Origin: an uncultured Microbacterium sp.
Lineage (GTDB): Bacteria; Actinomycetota; Actinomycetes; Actinomycetales; Microbacteriaceae
Direction: 5' to 3'
Assembly: GCA_964406995.1 (NCBI GenBank)
Contig: CAYOTY010000001.1
Location: 8,434-72,433 of the forward strand
Length of the DNA stretch: 64,000 nucleotides
Below, one piece after another: positions 1 to 9,847 of the stretch. The notes beneath the pieces are model-generated. The model saw only the letters and a program-made list of their open reading frames with translations. It was not told the origin of the DNA and searched no databases. Every line of letters starts with the position of its first letter. Position 1 is the first letter of the stretch. A program made the translations under genes and the position numbers.

Positions 1-765
1 CAGCTCGGTGCGGTTGTAGTCCCGCTCGACCTCGACCACCGCGGCACCCAGCTCCTCGGCCAGGGCGACGAGATCGTCCATGGCCGCCTGAGACCGCCCG
101 ATCGACTCGACCGCGATCAGCGGGCGCTCCGCCCCCAGGAGACGGTCCGCAATCCGCGCCACCGCCTCCGGATCGGGATGCAGCGGGGCGGCAGGGGCGA
201 CGGCATCCGCCGGATAGATCGCCGGCTCGCCGTCCCAGCGCGACTCCTGGATCTCCGAGTCGATCGTGACGTAGACCGGACCCCGCGGCGCGGATTCGGC
301 GAGCCGGCATCCGCGCACCAGCGACTCGAAGGTCGCCTCCAGCGAGGCCGGCTGATCGTCCCACTTGGTGTAGTCGCGCACCTGCGTGGCCTGCACGTTG
401 GCCGTGTGGATCCAGTCGATCCAGGGGCGGCGCTTGGCGGCGTCCACCGGGCCCGTGCCGCCGAGGAGCAGAAGGGGCACCCGGTCGCACCAGGCGTTGT
501 AGATCGCCATGGTCGCGTGCTGCAGGCCCACGATGTCGTGGATGAGCGCCGCGGCCGGGCGGCCGCTCGCCTTCGCGTAGCCGTGCGCGACGGCGACGGC
601 GATCTCCTCGTGCAGGCATTCCACGATCTCCGGGGCGTCCTCGCGATGGTTCACGAGCGAGTCGTGGATGCCACGGAAGGTCGCGCCGGGCGCGAAGGGG
701 ATGAGGTCGACCCCCAGATCTACGAGCTGGTCGACGATCGCATCGGATCCGTAGCGTTCGCCCAT
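1..765 (-). CDS. Thiamine pyrophosphate-binding enzyme (acetolactate synthase/benzoylformate decarboxylase-like), runs off the left edge
   Basis: Not in the ORF track. Manual translation from ATG 765 gives MGERYGSDAIVDQLVDLGVDLIPFAPGATFRGIHDSL...CLHEEIAVAVAHGYAKASG...AIYNAWCDRVP...GPVYV, a typical TPP enzyme N-terminal domain; starts just after the ALDH stop. Confidence 0.9.
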   Translation of the reverse strand, partial: MGERYGSDAIVDQLVDLGVDLIPFAPGATFRGIHDSLVNHREDAPEIVECLHEEIAVAVAHGYAKASGRPAAALIHDIVGLQHATMAIYNAWCDRVPLLLLGGTGPVDAAKRRPWIDWIHTANVQATQVRDYTKWDDQPASLEATFESLVRGCRLAESAPRGPVYVTIDSEIQESRWDGEPAIYPADAVAPAAPLHPDPEAVARIADRLLGAERPLIAVESIGRSQAAMDDLVALAEELGAAVVEVERDYNRTEL

Positions 766-766
766 G

Positions 767-2224
767 TCACACCACCACGTTCACGGCTTTGAGCTGGGTG
801 TAGCTCACCAGCTCGTCCACGGACTCCTCGCGGCCCGTGCCGGACAGCTTGAAGCCCCCGAAGGGGACCCCGGGGAAGTGCGTGGAGGTGTCGTTGATCC
901 ATACGTATCCCGCATCGAGGGCCCGCGCCATCCGGTGCGCGCGCGAGACATCGCGCGTCCACACGCTCGCGGTGAGCCCATACTCGACCGCGTTGGCGAG
1001 CGTGAGCGCCTCGTCCTCCGTCTCGAAGCCGAAGACCGCCACGACCGGGCCGAAGACCTCCTCTCGGGCGATCTCGCTGTCCGGGTCGACATCGGCGAGC
1101 ACGGTGGGCGGCTGGAAGTAGCCGGCGCGCTCATCTGTCGAGCCGCCGGCGAGCACGGTGCAGCCGTCTGCGACGGCGCGGTCGATGAATCCGCGCACGC
1201 GCTCGCGCTGCCGCTGCGAGACGAGCGGTCCCATGGTGACGCCTTCCATCCAGGGCTCGCCCTGCCTGATCCTGCCGACCGCTTCGACGAGGCGCGCGGT
1301 GAACTCCTCGCGCAGCGGCTCCTGTACGAGCACTCGTGAGTTGGAGCCGCAGGACTGTCCGGAGAAGGCGAAGTTCATGCCCTTGACCGCGCCGGCGACG
1401 GCGGCATCGAGGTCCGCGTCGTCGAAGACGACCATCGCGTTCTTGCCGCCGAGCTCCAGGGAGACGTGCTTGATACCCGCCTCGGCGCCGCTGCGCTGGA
1501 TCGCGCGCCCCACCTGATGGCTGCCCGTGAAGGCGATCCGCGGCACGCGCGCATCACGCACGATCCGATCGGCGACGGCGGGGCCGCCGTGGATCACCGA
1601 CAGCACGCCGTCCGGAAGCACGCCCTGGGCCAGTTCGCCCAGCCGCAGGGCCGAGAGCGGGGTCAGCTCCGAGGGCTTCAGGATGACGGCGTTGCCCGCC
1701 ACCAGCGGAGCGGCGAGCTTCGATGCGGCGAACATGAAGGGATGGTTGAAGGGGATGATCCGCGCGACCACGCCGAAGGGCTCCGGCACAGTGAAGTGCA
1801 CGCCGGTGCGCGAGGCGGGGATGGTGCTCCCGGTGAGCGAGTGATGAAGATCGGCGAACATGCGCATGCGGGCGATCCCGGTGGCGGCGTCCACCCTCAT
1901 CATCCACAGGGGCAGGCCGGCATCGATCGTATCGAGCCAGGCGAGCTCCTCCGCGTGCTCCTCCAGGACGCGGGCGAGTTCGCGCACGGTCTCGGCGCGC
2001 TCGGCCGGCGTCGCCGAGTGCCATTCCGTCGCGGCCGCCGCGGCGGCGATCGCCCGGTCGACCTGATCGTCGGAGGCGGCCGCGACCCGGGTGAGCTCCT
2101 CCCCTGCGCTCGGGTCGGCGACGGCGACGGGTTCGCCGCCACCCTCCTCCAGGACGCCTCCCACGCAGATCTGCCAGGGACGGCGTCGGATCTGGGCGAT
2201 GCGGTCGATGACCTCGGTCGTCAT
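767..2224 (-). CDS. NAD-dependent aldehyde dehydrogenase (PhdK/2-formylbenzoate dehydrogenase-like subfamily)
   Basis: PFNHP, KPSE, FTGS, LELGGKN, GQSCGS (catalytic Cys), EEVFGP, PFGGFKLSG motifs; RBS GAGGAG. Confidence 0.92.
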   Translation of the reverse strand: MTTEVIDRIAQIRRRPWQICVGGVLEEGGGEPVAVADPSAGEELTRVAAASDDQVDRAIAAAAAATEWHSATPAERAETVRELARVLEEHAEELAWLDTIDAGLPLWMMRVDAATGIARMRMFADLHHSLTGSTIPASRTGVHFTVPEPFGVVARIIPFNHPFMFAASKLAAPLVAGNAVILKPSELTPLSALRLGELAQGVLPDGVLSVIHGGPAVADRIVRDARVPRIAFTGSHQVGRAIQRSGAEAGIKHVSLELGGKNAMVVFDDADLDAAVAGAVKGMNFAFSGQSCGSNSRVLVQEPLREEFTARLVEAVGRIRQGEPWMEGVTMGPLVSQRQRERVRGFIDRAVADGCTVLAGGSTDERAGYFQPPTVLADVDPDSEIAREEVFGPVVAVFGFETEDEALTLANAVEYGLTASVWTRDVSRAHRMARALDAGYVWINDTSTHFPGVPFGGFKLSGTGREESVDELVSYTQLKAVNVVV

Positions 2225-2293
2225 GCGGGCTCCTCTCTCGCGGCTTCTCAGAAGCGCGGGGTGACCTCATCCGTATAGAGCCCATCATTGCGC

Positions 2294-2323
2294 ATCCAGG
2301 ATCCAGAATCCAGTAATATCCAT
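2294..2323. promoter_or_regulatory. Direct-repeat operator candidate (ATCCAG x3 at 7-bp period plus ATCCAT) upstream of the ALDH-TPP operon
   Basis: atccagg atccaga atccagt aat atccat in an AT-richer patch 70-100 bp upstream of the ALDH start. Confidence 0.45.
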
Positions 2324-2726
2324 CGCATCGGTGGGAGGAACCCGGCTCTCTGAAGTCGCAGCGCATCGAGAGAGAGGGTGCGTGAGTCCTCGGCGGCATC
2401 CGATGACGGAGCAGAGAGGCAGGGTCGGCTCACCGCCGCTCATGCGGGCCCTACGATCGCAGCGAGCAGAGTGAACGCCTCGATCCCGACATCGACCCGG
2501 GAGTAAAATGCCCGCAGGAGGCCATTCATTCAGACCTCGGACCCAGTGAGCTTTCTCAGCACCCGACACGTGATGAGCAGATCGCCTCGCTCATCACGGA
2601 TGCGGCAGGGGACAGCCAGATGTACAGGCCGACCAAGGAAGATCAAGGAACACCATCGCGCAAGAAGATCAGGGCTCGAACGACGACGCCCCCTCTCCGA
2701 ACACTGCCCTGAGGGAGGATGTCGTC

Positions 2727-3152
2727 ATGGCGGCGTTGCGCGCGATCCGCGAGTTCGGCGACGCGCACGATCGCATGGCAAGCGGCATGAAAGGCGACAT
2801 GCGCATGGGCGCCACCGACATCGCCACCCTGCGCATGCTCATCATGCGCGCTGACAGCGGCCAGCACGTCACCCCCGCCGACATCGCCCGCCACCTTCAC
2901 ATCTCCACTGCCTCGACCACCAAACTGCTGGACCGGCTCAGCGCCTCAGGTCATGTCGCCCGCATCTCCCACCCGACCGATCGCCGCGCACGCCTGGTCG
3001 TGCTCACGGAGAAGTCGCGTACCGAGTTCTTCCGCCTCTTCGGACAGCATCTGGCCGCGATACGGCTGACCTTCGAAAGATTCTCAGACGAAGAGCTGGA
3101 TGCGGCGACGCGGGTTCTCCGCACCGTCAGCGAAGCGATCTCTCCGGGGTGA
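2727..3152 (+). CDS. MarR family transcriptional regulator
   Basis: TPADIARHLHISTASTTKLLDRL...HPTDRRARLV winged-helix signature; RBS GGGAGG. Confidence 0.9.
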   Translation: MAALRAIREFGDAHDRMASGMKGDMRMGATDIATLRMLIMRADSGQHVTPADIARHLHISTASTTKLLDRLSASGHVARISHPTDRRARLVVLTEKSRTEFFRLFGQHLAAIRLTFERFSDEELDAATRVLRTVSEAISPG

Positions 3153-5301
3153 GGCGCGCAGCGAGACGCGAGGGCCACCAGATGACCCTTCCCAGGTCGT
3201 AGGCCAGCGCCGGCACGAGGAGGGAGCGCACGATGAAGGTGTCCAGCAGCACCCCGAATGCGACGATGAAGGCGATCTGAATCAGGAAGAGGATCGGGAT
3301 CACTGACAGTGCTGCGAATGTCGCGGCGAGCACGACGCCGGCCGAGGTGATGACGCCGCCAGTGACCCGCAGCCCGCGCAGCGTACCCTCCCGGGTGCCG
3401 TGATGCAATGTCTCCTCGCGCACCCTGGTCATCAGGAAGATGTTGTAATCGATCCCGAGTGCGACCAGGAAGATGAATCCGTACAGCGGCACTGCCGGGT
3501 CCGCCCCCGGGAAGCCGAAGACTCCATTGAAGAGCAGCGCGGCAACCCCCATCGCGCTCCCGAAGGAGAGCACCGTCGTGAGGATCAGCAGGAGGGGCAG
3601 CAGCACCGCACGCAGCAGCACCATCAGGATCAGCAGGATCACCACGAGCACGATCGGGATGATCAGGGTGCGGTCGGCGATGGATGCCGCGTTCGTGTCG
3701 ACGGCGGTCGCCGTCACGCCGCCCACTGCGCCCCCCAGCGGCGCGAGCTCCGAGCGCAGGGACCGCACGGTGTCCGCAGCGCCATCGGAGTCCGGCGCGT
3801 CGGTGAGAGTCAACTGCAGGAGCACATCACCGTCGTCCACCGACGGCTCCGGGGGCACCGTTCCGGGAGGACCTACGGCAGCAATGCCGTCAGCGGTCAC
3901 GGGCGCGGACCCACTGGGGCTGTCGGCCGAGGTGACCGCTACGCCGTCGACACCGTCGTGTGCGAGTGCGATCTCGGCGGCATCCCGCCATCCCGGCTCA
4001 GGGATCAGCACATAGGCCGGGCTGCCCGATCCTGCCGGGAAGTGCTCTCCGAGCAGCACTTGACCATCACGAGCATCGGACTGTCCGCGCACCAGCTCCG
4101 ACTGCGCGACTCCCTGAGCGTTCAACTGGGTCACTCCCAGCGCCGCCACAGCGAGCGCCACCGTCGTGACGACCCAGATCAGACGCGGACGACGCCGGAC
4201 GATGTCGGCGATGCGGTTCCAGACGCCCGGCTCGCCCTCGTCTCGCACGGCATCCTCTGCGTACACCGGGCGGCGCGGCCAGAACACCGGGCGTCCGATG
4301 ATGAACAGCAGCGCAGGCAGCAGCGTGAGCGCTGAGAGCATCGCGAACACGATCCCGATGGACGCCACCGGGCCGAGGGTGCTGTTGGACTTCAGGTCGC
4401 TCAGAAGCAAGCACAGGAGACCGGCGATGACCGTTCCTCCCGAAGCCAGTATCGGCTCGATCGTGCCGCGCAGCGACCGCCGGATCGCGAGGCCCCGATC
4501 CTCGGTCAGCCGAAGCTCCTCCCGGAAACGGGCCACCATGAGCAGCGAGTAGTCCGTCGCCGCGCCGATCACGAGGATGAACAGGATCCCCTGGGTCTGG
4601 CCGCTCAGCAGAAGAACTTCGGCCTTGGCCAGGAACCACACCACGGCCAACGCAACGCAGAGCGCGAAAACGCTCGTGCTCAGCACGACGACGGGCAGAA
4701 CGACCGAGCGGTAGACGAAGACCAGGATGATGAACACCGCCAGGAGAGCCACGCCCAGCAGCAGCCCGTCGATCCCTGCGAACCCTGCGACCAGATCGGC
4801 GGTGAAACCCGCCGGCCCCGTGACGAAGACCTCGACGCCGTCCGGCACCGTCTCGCGCAGGGATGCGGTCAGCGCCTCGACGGCATCCGGCACGCTCACC
4901 CCGCTGTCGATCGGCACGAACGCCTGCGCGGCCCGCTCGTCCTCCGAGACGAGAACGGGCGAAGCATCGCCGAAGACGCCTGTGTCCTCGGTGGCCGCCG
5001 AGAGGCCGGTTTGGAGGTGCTCGCGCAGAGAGTCGTCGATGAGCTCGCCGGATCCGAACACCACTATCGCGGGGATCGCATCGGAGCCGAGGAAGTCTCC
5101 CAGGCGCTGCTGAACCGCTGTGGCGTCGGCAGATTCGGGCAGGTAGGAGGTCTGGTCATTGGACGAGACCTCTTCGACCTTTCCGAACAGAGGCCCGCCG
5201 ATCGCAGCTCCTGCGACCCAGGCGATGATGAGGACCGCAGGCAGGAAGATGCGCAGGAGGCGCCTCGCGCCCGCGGCAGAGCGGCTCCTCGTGGTTTCCA
5301 T
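3127..5301 (-). CDS. MMPL/RND family transporter
   Basis: 724 aa, two TM repeats with GAATDYSLL and ALGIDYNIFL motifs. Confidence 0.93.
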   Translation of the reverse strand: METTRSRSAAGARRLLRIFLPAVLIIAWVAGAAIGGPLFGKVEEVSSNDQTSYLPESADATAVQQRLGDFLGSDAIPAIVVFGSGELIDDSLREHLQTGLSAATEDTGVFGDASPVLVSEDERAAQAFVPIDSGVSVPDAVEALTASLRETVPDGVEVFVTGPAGFTADLVAGFAGIDGLLLGVALLAVFIILVFVYRSVVLPVVVLSTSVFALCVALAVVWFLAKAEVLLLSGQTQGILFILVIGAATDYSLLMVARFREELRLTEDRGLAIRRSLRGTIEPILASGGTVIAGLLCLLLSDLKSNSTLGPVASIGIVFAMLSALTLLPALLFIIGRPVFWPRRPVYAEDAVRDEGEPGVWNRIADIVRRRPRLIWVVTTVALAVAALGVTQLNAQGVAQSELVRGQSDARDGQVLLGEHFPAGSGSPAYVLIPEPGWRDAAEIALAHDGVDGVAVTSADSPSGSAPVTADGIAAVGPPGTVPPEPSVDDGDVLLQLTLTDAPDSDGAADTVRSLRSELAPLGGAVGGVTATAVDTNAASIADRTLIIPIVLVVILLILMVLLRAVLLPLLLILTTVLSFGSAMGVAALLFNGVFGFPGADPAVPLYGFIFLVALGIDYNIFLMTRVREETLHHGTREGTLRGLRVTGGVITSAGVVLAATFAALSVIPILFLIQIAFIVAFGVLLDTFIVRSLLVPALAYDLGRVIWWPSRLAARLTPERSLR

Positions 5302-5309
5302 ACCATCCT

Positions 5310-5328
5310 TCGCTAGAAAAGCTAGCGA
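5310..5328. promoter_or_regulatory. Palindromic operator candidate (TCGCTAG-5-CTAGCGA) before the MMPL start, possible MarR site
   Basis: Perfect 7-bp inverted repeat 8 nt upstream of ATG 5301. Confidence 0.5.
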
Positions 5329-5393
5329 TAGCGTATCACCGAAGGGGCGGTCAGCGGCAATCGTCGACGACTCCGCATTAGGCTGAGACCACG

Positions 5394-6203
5394 ATGGATC
5401 TCTCCCCTCTCTTCGACTTCCTGAGCGACAAGTGGTGGCTCATCTTCCCCGCGATGGGGATCTTCGCGTGGATCGGCGGCTCCATCGACCAGGCACTCAA
5501 GCGCCGGCACAAGCGGCGCCTGGAGATCATCCGCGCCAAGGGCGAGGCGAAGGCCGCTCAGCTCGCCGCGCGCGGGCAGCAGCCCGGCACCCCGCTGGTC
5601 AAGAAGCGCTCGGATGCCGCACCCCCGGCTCTCCCACAGAAGGACCTCCTCGAGAGACTCTTCGCCGAGCACGATGAGATCACGGCGCGCTGGCTCGACT
5701 ACGAGCTGGATGTCGCCAAGCTCATCGCCTTCCCCGCCATGAGCGACGGCCGCCAGCCGTTGACGGCCGCATTCCTGCGGGCGAAGAAGACCGCCGATCA
5801 GCTGCGGCCGGCATCCGCCACGGCCAAGATCACCGAGGACGCCATCGCCGAGTACCTCGACGCCGTCGGCAACTACGCGGTCGCCTTCGAGATCGCCGAG
5901 CGCGAAGCGCGCCGGGTGCGCACCTCGAACTTCAGCGAGGCCGAGCGCAAGCGCCTCGACCGCGCCCAGCAGCTGCTCAAGGTCGCCGTCGACGAAGCGG
6001 CCACCCAGGCAGAGCGCAACACCGCCTACAAGCGGGTGCGCGAGGAGATCGAGGGCCTCATCGTGCTCTCGGACGAGGCCGTCACGGTTCTGGAGAAGAA
6101 GGTCGGGCGGGAGCTGCCGATGCGGCGCGCGGATACCGTGACACCGCCCGCCCCGGCTCAAAGCCCGGAGCGCATGCCGCTGCCCAAGCGCGACGCGCCG
6201 TAG
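5394..6203 (+). CDS. Hypothetical protein with N-terminal membrane anchor and helical domain
   Basis: 269 aa, strong GC3 codon bias, N-terminal hydrophobic segment, TAGGCT -10 upstream. Confidence 0.8.
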   Translation: MDLSPLFDFLSDKWWLIFPAMGIFAWIGGSIDQALKRRHKRRLEIIRAKGEAKAAQLAARGQQPGTPLVKKRSDAAPPALPQKDLLERLFAEHDEITARWLDYELDVAKLIAFPAMSDGRQPLTAAFLRAKKTADQLRPASATAKITEDAIAEYLDAVGNYAVAFEIAEREARRVRTSNFSEAERKRLDRAQQLLKVAVDEAATQAERNTAYKRVREEIEGLIVLSDEAVTVLEKKVGRELPMRRADTVTPPAPAQSPERMPLPKRDAP

Positions 6204-6235
6204 CGTCCGCGTCTACCCAGGCATCGGCGGCTCGT

Positions 6236-6994
6236 TCATTCTCGCGAACGGCGCGCAGCCTCGTCGAGAATGACCGACAACGTCTCCGGATCGTGTGCGA
6301 AACGACCGAGGAACAGTCCATCGACGGCGGCCCCCAACCGGTCGAGGAGGCCGGCGCCCGCACTGCCTCCGTACATCACCGCGGAGCCGGACCGCAGCTC
6401 GCCCGCCTTGCGCAACAGCTTCTGGAGCACCACGCAGACAGCGGAGATGTGCCCGACGGCAGCCGGTTCGGCCGCGCCGATCGCCCAGACGGGCTCGTAG
6501 GCGACGATCACCCGCCCAGGTGGCGCCTCCGCCAGCGCGGCCTGAAGCTGTGCAGCGCAGACCTCCGCCGCCTCTGCGGCCGAGGTCTCCGTCTGCTCGC
6601 CGACGCAGATCAGGGGCACCAGACCGTGTTCGATCGTCATGCGGGTCTTCGCAGCGACGACCGCATCGCTCTCGTCATGGTCACGGCGGCGTTCGGCGTG
6701 ACCGATCTCGACGATCCTGACACCGATCTCCGCGAGTTCGGCGGCGGTGACGTCACCCGTGTGAGCACCGGGGACGGAGGCGGCGACATCCTGAGCGGCG
6801 ACGACGACGGGAGTCTCGGCGAACACGGCCAGCGCTGCGGGGATCTGGAGGAAGGTCGGTGCGATGAAAAGCTCGACAGTCCCCGAGGCGACGGCCTCAT
6901 GCGCGACAGCCACTTCACGCACCTCACGGAACCAGGCCGTTGCGCGGGCATGCGAGAAATAGGTCTTGAGGCTGACGCCGATCACTGCAGACAT
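6236..6994 (-). CDS. lerI: Triosephosphate-isomerase-family protein, L-erythrulose-1-phosphate isomerase-like
   Basis: GHAERR and AYEPVWAIG TIM motifs with variant GVSLKTYF N-terminus; clustered with DAK kinase and RpiB. Confidence 0.8.
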   Translation of the reverse strand: MSAVIGVSLKTYFSHARATAWFREVREVAVAHEAVASGTVELFIAPTFLQIPAALAVFAETPVVVAAQDVAASVPGAHTGDVTAAELAEIGVRIVEIGHAERRRDHDESDAVVAAKTRMTIEHGLVPLICVGEQTETSAAEAAEVCAAQLQAALAEAPPGRVIVAYEPVWAIGAAEPAAVGHISAVCVVLQKLLRKAGELRSGSAVMYGGSAGAGLLDRLGAAVDGLFLGRFAHDPETLSVILDEAARRSRE

Positions 6995-7004
6995 CCGAGC
7001 TCCT

Positions 7005-7481
7005 TCAGCAGGAACCGGCGGTCTCGTACTCGCCGATGAGCGCGACCTTCTCGGCGCTCGCCGACGTACGGTCGAAACGATAGGTCAGCCACTCGCGCAC
7101 GAGGCGCCGAGCGAGCTCGATGCCGACGACGCGCTGGCCCATGCACAGCACCTGGGCGTCGTTGCTGAGCACCGAGCGCTCCACGGAGAAGGAGTCGTGC
7201 GCGGTGGCCGCGCGAATCCCTTCGACCTTGTTCGCCGCGATCGCCACACCGAGGCCGGTCCCGCAGATCAGCAGAGCACGGTCCGCCTCGCCACGAGCCA
7301 CGATCTCCGCAGCGGCGACGGCGACCTTCGGATAGGCGGTGTGTCCGTCCGCATCGACACCGACGTCGATGATCGAGGCGACGAGGTCACTGGCCCCGAG
7401 ATCGGTCTTGAGTATCTCCTTGTAATCGAATCCTGCGTCGTCACTGCCGACGACGATCCGGAGCCGGTCGAGCTCGGTCAT
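7005..7481 (-). CDS. derI: RpiB/LacAB family isomerase, D-erythrulose-4-phosphate isomerase-like
   Basis: Start corrected to ATG 7481 (TGATG overlap): [17 protein letters not shown]...[20 protein letters not shown]...SND. Confidence 0.8.
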   Translation of the reverse strand: MTELDRLRIVVGSDDAGFDYKEILKTDLGASDLVASIIDVGVDADGHTAYPKVAVAAAEIVARGEADRALLICGTGLGVAIAANKVEGIRAATAHDSFSVERSVLSNDAQVLCMGQRVVGIELARRLVREWLTYRFDRTSASAEKVALIGEYETAGSC

Positions 7482-9220
7482 CAGCGCTTCCCTTTCTCTT
7501 CGTCGTCGATGACGGCCGCCACCGCGGTCACTGCAAGCGCGAAGGACACCGCCCCCGCATCCGGCGTGCCGAGGCTGCGCTCGGCGTGGGGCCTGGCCCG
7601 GCCGCGGCGGGGCAGCAGATCGGCAGTCGCGATCGCCGCCTCCGTAGACGCCGCAGCGGCCGCCTCCCACGCCTCCGCGAGAGACGCCCCTGCCGCGACC
7701 GCCGCTGCGAGAACCCCGACGAAGGGCTCGACGGCATCTACCATCGTCTTGTCGCCCGGCTGTGCTCCGCCGACGGCGGTGAGTGCTTCCGCCGCAGCGG
7801 CGACGCCCTCGACCAGCGAAGAGCCCGTCACCGGCGCGGCATCGCCCACCCGACCGCCCAGCGTGCGCAGTATCAGGCCCCAGAGGGCCCCGGAGGTCCC
7901 GCCGGCACGGTCGGCCCACGCCTCTCCCGCACGCACCAGGACCGTCCCCGCGCCTGCCCCGCGGGCGGCCGTCTCGCGTGCGGCCTCCACCGCGGCAGCC
8001 GTACCGCGCTGCATCCCGATGCCGTGGTCGCCGTCTCCGGCGACCGCATCGATGCGCCCGAGCTCTCCGGCTGCGGCATCGATCGCCTGACGGACCGCCT
8101 CGAGTCCCGCGAGAGCCACCGCCGCCGCACGCACCGAGTCCTCGCCGGCCGGGGGCACGGTCTCCTCTTCCTCGTGCTCAGCCGCGACGGTCGCCGTCGC
8201 CGCCGCGCCGACGAGGGCCGCAGTGCGGAACGCCACCGAATCCGCCGGTGCCGCCCAGAGGCCTTCGAGCTCATCGTCGAGCCACAGGATCGTGAGGGAG
8301 AGCCCGGCCATGTCAAAGCTCGTGCAGAACTCCCCGACCTGGGGGTCGACGATGGTGAGTCCGGCAGATTCCAGTTCGCGCGCCACCGCGCCGTAGAGCA
8401 GGAAGAGCTCCTCGTGCTTGACCGTTCCCAGACCGTTGAGGAGTGGGACCACCCGGCATCCGGCCGGGGACTCCACATCATCGGGCCGCTCGTCCATCAG
8501 ACGCTCCACGAGCATCCGAGCCAGTTCTGCGGCATCCGGGATCTCGACCTCGGCGAGACCCGGCTCACCGTGGATTCCCATCCCCAGCCCCATCGTCCCC
8601 GCTGGCAGGGAGAACAGCGGTTCTTCGGCTCCGGGCAGAGTGCACCCGCCGAAGGCGACACCGAAAGTGCGGGTGCGATCGTTGGCGCGGATCGCCACTC
8701 TCTCGACCTCGTCCAGAGCACCACCGGCCTCGGCGAGGGCACCGGCGATCTTGAACACCACGAGGTCGCCGGCGACGCCGCGACGCAGTTCCCGCTGATC
8801 GCGCGGCGCGCTGGAGACATCGTCGGTGACGCGGACCGTGCGCACATCCAGCCCCTCGCCCCGCAGTGCGTGCTCGGCGGCATCGAAGTTGAGGACGTCA
8901 CCCGCGTAGTTCCCATAGGTCAGCAGCACCCCGCGTCCCGAGTGGACCGCACGCGCGACCGACTCGACCTGACGCGCCGAAGGGGAGGCGAAGACGTTTC
9001 CGGTCACCGCGCCGTCGGCGAGACCCGGCCCGACAAGGCCGATGAACGCCGGGTAATGCCCGGAACCTCCGCCGATGACGACAGCGGCCTTCTCCGCCAC
9101 CGGGGAGTCCCGGCGGACGACACCGCCGGAGACCCGCCGGACTCGTGGGGAGTTCGCGGCCACGAACCCCGTGACGACCTCCTCGACGAAGTCCTCAGGG
9201 GCGTTGAGCACATGGACCAT
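7481..9220 (-). CDS. lerK: Dihydroxyacetone kinase family (DAK1+DAK2 fusion), L-erythrulose kinase-like
   Basis: [46 protein letters not shown] motifs. Confidence 0.82.
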   Translation of the reverse strand: MVHVLNAPEDFVEEVVTGFVAANSPRVRRVSGGVVRRDSPVAEKAAVVIGGGSGHYPAFIGLVGPGLADGAVTGNVFASPSARQVESVARAVHSGRGVLLTYGNYAGDVLNFDAAEHALRGEGLDVRTVRVTDDVSSAPRDQRELRRGVAGDLVVFKIAGALAEAGGALDEVERVAIRANDRTRTFGVAFGGCTLPGAEEPLFSLPAGTMGLGMGIHGEPGLAEVEIPDAAELARMLVERLMDERPDDVESPAGCRVVPLLNGLGTVKHEELFLLYGAVARELESAGLTIVDPQVGEFCTSFDMAGLSLTILWLDDELEGLWAAPADSVAFRTAALVGAAATATVAAEHEEEETVPPAGEDSVRAAAVALAGLEAVRQAIDAAAGELGRIDAVAGDGDHGIGMQRGTAAAVEAARETAARGAGAGTVLVRAGEAWADRAGGTSGALWGLILRTLGGRVGDAAPVTGSSLVEGVAAAAEALTAVGGAQPGDKTMVDAVEPFVGVLAAAVAAGASLAEAWEAAAAASTEAAIATADLLPRRGRARPHAERSLGTPDAGAVSFALAVTAVAAVIDDEEKGKR

Positions 9221-9283
9221 TCGACACTCCCGTCATAACCGCAGCAGACCAGGCTCCAGCCAACCAAGGAAGCCTCGCGCTCC

Positions 9284-9321
9284 CTAGCACCGTGATGTCA
9301 CGGCCTTGCACGACGCGGACA
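9284..9321 (-). promoter_or_regulatory. Tandem AraC/FeaR-type boxes upstream of lerK
   Basis: Minus strand TGTCC-N8-CAAG and TGACA-N8-CTAG at 21-bp period; no clear -10 at the usual distance. Confidence 0.55.
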
Positions 9322-9334
9322 GATGGAGACGCCC

Positions 9335-9847
9335 TCAGCCACGAGCAAGAAGAGAGGGGCGCCCCGTCTCAGGATCGATCGGGGCGGGATCACCCGCATC
9401 CGTCACGATCGGACCGGGAAGATTCGAGACCAGCTCGATCCTTGCGCCGAGCTCGGGGACCGGTTCGGTGAAGAACAGGAGCAGTCTTCCCTGCTCATCC
9501 GTGTTCGATCCGTTCATCGCGAAGCCGAGGGAGTCCAGCCGGGCACGCTCGGACTCGACGTCGTCGAGCCCGAGGAACGCGAGGTGGTGCGGGCCGAGAT
9601 TCTCCTTCGAGTGGGTCCCCTCGCCCGTCACCTCGAGCAGCTCGATGCGCGGCGGCCCATCGAAGGAGATCGCGAACCGAGCGTCGTGCGGATGCGGATG
9701 CGGATCGCTGGCGTCCTCCCACCGGTCGGTGCGATACCGGCCGATCTCCGAGAAGCGGTAGCCCGTCGCCCTGCTCCAGCGCTCGATCGCGGCTTCGAGA
9801 TCGTCGACGAGGATCCCGATGTGGTGGACGGGCGGGAGCAGGGTCAC
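9335..9847 (-). CDS. VOC/glyoxalase family protein (methylmalonyl-CoA epimerase-like), paralog B
   Basis: GTG 9847 overlaps the upstream stop; HHIGILV...IELLE...HHLAF...IELV metal-ligand pattern. Confidence 0.85.
   Translation of the reverse strand: MTLLPPVHHIGILVDDLEAAIERWSRATGYRFSEIGRYRTDRWEDASDPHPHPHDARFAISFDGPPRIELLEVTGEGTHSKENLGPHHLAFLGLDDVESERARLDSLGFAMNGSNTDEQGRLLLFFTEPVPELGARIELVSNLPGPIVTDAGDPAPIDPETGRPSLLARG

Noticed and set aside
6236-6994. Housekeeping tpiA
   Set aside because: Lacks the GNWK motif (has SLKTYF) and is not in a gap-pgk context; the neighbourhood fits the LerI subfamily
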